From assembly GCF_009914755.1 (NCBI RefSeq), contig NC_060940.1: DNA of 64,000 nt. The stretch is one strand, 5' to 3'. The stretch is from the human T2T-CHM13v2.0 reference genome, Homo sapiens. Every line of letters begins with the position of its first letter. The first letter of the stretch is position 1. This document shows, piece after piece, positions 58,595-64,000 of this stretch. Position numbers and translations under genes: made by a program. The notes beneath the pieces are model-generated. The model saw only the letters and a program-made list of their open reading frames with translations, was not told the DNA's origin and did no database searches.

Positions 58595-59608
58595 ATGGGG
58601 AAAAAAACAGAGCAGAAAAACTGAAAATACTAAAAATCAGAGCCCCTCTCCTCCTCCAAAGCAATGCAGCTCCTCACCAGCAACGGAACAAAGCTGGTGT
58701 TTTGTTTTGCATGACTTTGATGAGCTGAGAGAAGAAGGCTTCAGATGATCAAACTTCTCCCAGCTAAGGAGGAAGTTTGAACCCATGGCAAAGAAGTTAA
58801 AAACCTTGAAAAAAGATTAGACAAATCGCTAACTAGAATAACCAATGCAGAGAAGTCCTTAAAGGACCTGATGGAGCTGAAAACCATGACATGAGAACTA
58901 CGTGACGAATGCACAAGCTTCAGTAGCCAATTCGATCAACTGGAAGAAAGGGTATCAGTGATGGAAGATCAAATGAATGAAATGAGGCGAGAAGAGAAGT
59001 TTAGAGAAAAAAGAATAAAAAGAAACGAACAAAGCCTCCAAGAAATACGGGACTATGTGAAAAGACCAAAGCTACGTCTGATTGGTATACCTGAAAGTGA
59101 CCGGGAGAATGGAACCAAGCTGGAAAACACTCTGCAGGATATTCTCCAGGAGAACTTCCCCAACCTAGCAAGGCAGGCCAACATTCAAATTCAGGAAATA
59201 CAGAGAATGCCACAAAGATACTCCTCGAGAAGAGCAACTCCAAGACACATAATTGTCAGATTCACCAAAGTTGAAATGAGGAAAAAATGTTAGGGGCAGC
59301 CAGACCGAAATGTTGGGTTACCACAAAGGGAAGCCCATCAGACTAACAGCTGATCTCTTGGCAGAAACTGTGCAAGCCAGAAGAGAGTGGGGGCCAATAT
59401 TCAATATTCTTAAAGAAAAGAATTTTCAACCCAGAATTTCATATCCAGCCAAACTAAGCTTCATAAGTGAAGGAGAAATAAAATACTTTACAGACAAGCA
59501 AATGCTGAGAGATTTTGTCACACCAGCCCTGCCCCACAAGAGAAGGAAGCACTAAACATGGAAAGGAGTAACTGGTACCAGCCACTGCAAAAACATGCCA
59601 AATTGTAA
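58595..59608 (+). pseudogene. L1 ORF1p, disrupted
   Basis: ATG GGG AAA at 58595; fragments ...RNEQSLQEIRDYVKRP... and ...RREWGPIFNILKEKNFQPRISYPAKLSF... split by frameshifts; TAA at 59606-59608. Confidence 0.9.
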
Positions 59609-59671
59609 AGACCATCGAGGCTACGAAGAAACTGCATCAACTAACGAGCAAAATAACCAGCTAACATCATA

Positions 59672-63504
<3,833 letters not shown>

Positions 63505-63924
63505 ACAATGAGAACACTTGGACACAGGAAGGGGAACATCACATACTGGGGCCTGTTGTGGGGTTGGGGGAGGAGGGAGGAATAGCATTAGGAGATTTAC
63601 CTAATGTAAATGACGAGTTAATGGGTGCAACACACCAACATGGAACATGTACACATATGTAACAAACCTGCACGTTGTGCACATGTAGCCTAGAACTTAA
63701 AGTATAATAAAAAAATAAAATAAAATAAAATAAATAACTGGCTATATGTGGTTTATATGACACTGAACATCAATATAAAAATATAGAAAAGTTGAAAGTA
63801 AAAGGATGGTAAGAAATACCCAAGGACATAGCAAAGCCAATGTCATTATACTAATATCAAACAAAGTAGACTTTACTGAAATAAATATAATAGAGATAAA
63901 GATCTGTATAAGAATATGTATAGA

Positions 63925-64000
63925 CCAGGTGTGGTGGGTCACACCTGTAATCCCAGCACTTTGGGAGGCTGACGTGGGAGGATTGTTTGAGGTCAGGAGT
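63925..64000 (+). mobile_element. Alu 5' part (runs off the window)
   Basis: ccaggtgtggtgggtcacacctgtaatcccagcactttggg. Confidence 0.85.

Overview
Primate (most likely human/hominoid) non-coding DNA, intronic or intergenic. Most of the window is interspersed repeat. It holds about 34 Alu pieces (FLAM/FRAM, AluJ, AluS, AluY), MIR and L2 relics, old L1M/HAL1 fragments, MaLR and ERV solo LTRs (THE1 x3, MLT1, LTR33-, MER74- and MER39-like) and DNA-transposon MITEs (MER5A, MER58, MER82, MER91, MADE1). One full-length but disrupted L1PA5-like LINE-1 (57573-63731) is nested inside an older L1. I cannot support any host protein-coding exon or RNA gene; nearly all short ORFs in the track are Alu, L1 or LTR translations. 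The most notable observations are: (1) a fossil Ty3/Gypsy reverse-transcriptase fragment at about 10.35-10.56 kb; (2) a palindromic TA-rich array grown at an Alu tail that has captured a 69-bp copy of sequence from 3.8 kb downstream, plus further local duplications nearby; (3) a non-repetitive element at 1.55-2.15 kb with a perfect palindromic RFX X-box, a second X-box and a YY1 site. I see no evidence of a genuinely new multi-gene system. Repeat subfamily names come from remembered consensus sequences and boundaries of old repeats are approximate; both need RepeatMasker/Dfam confirmation.
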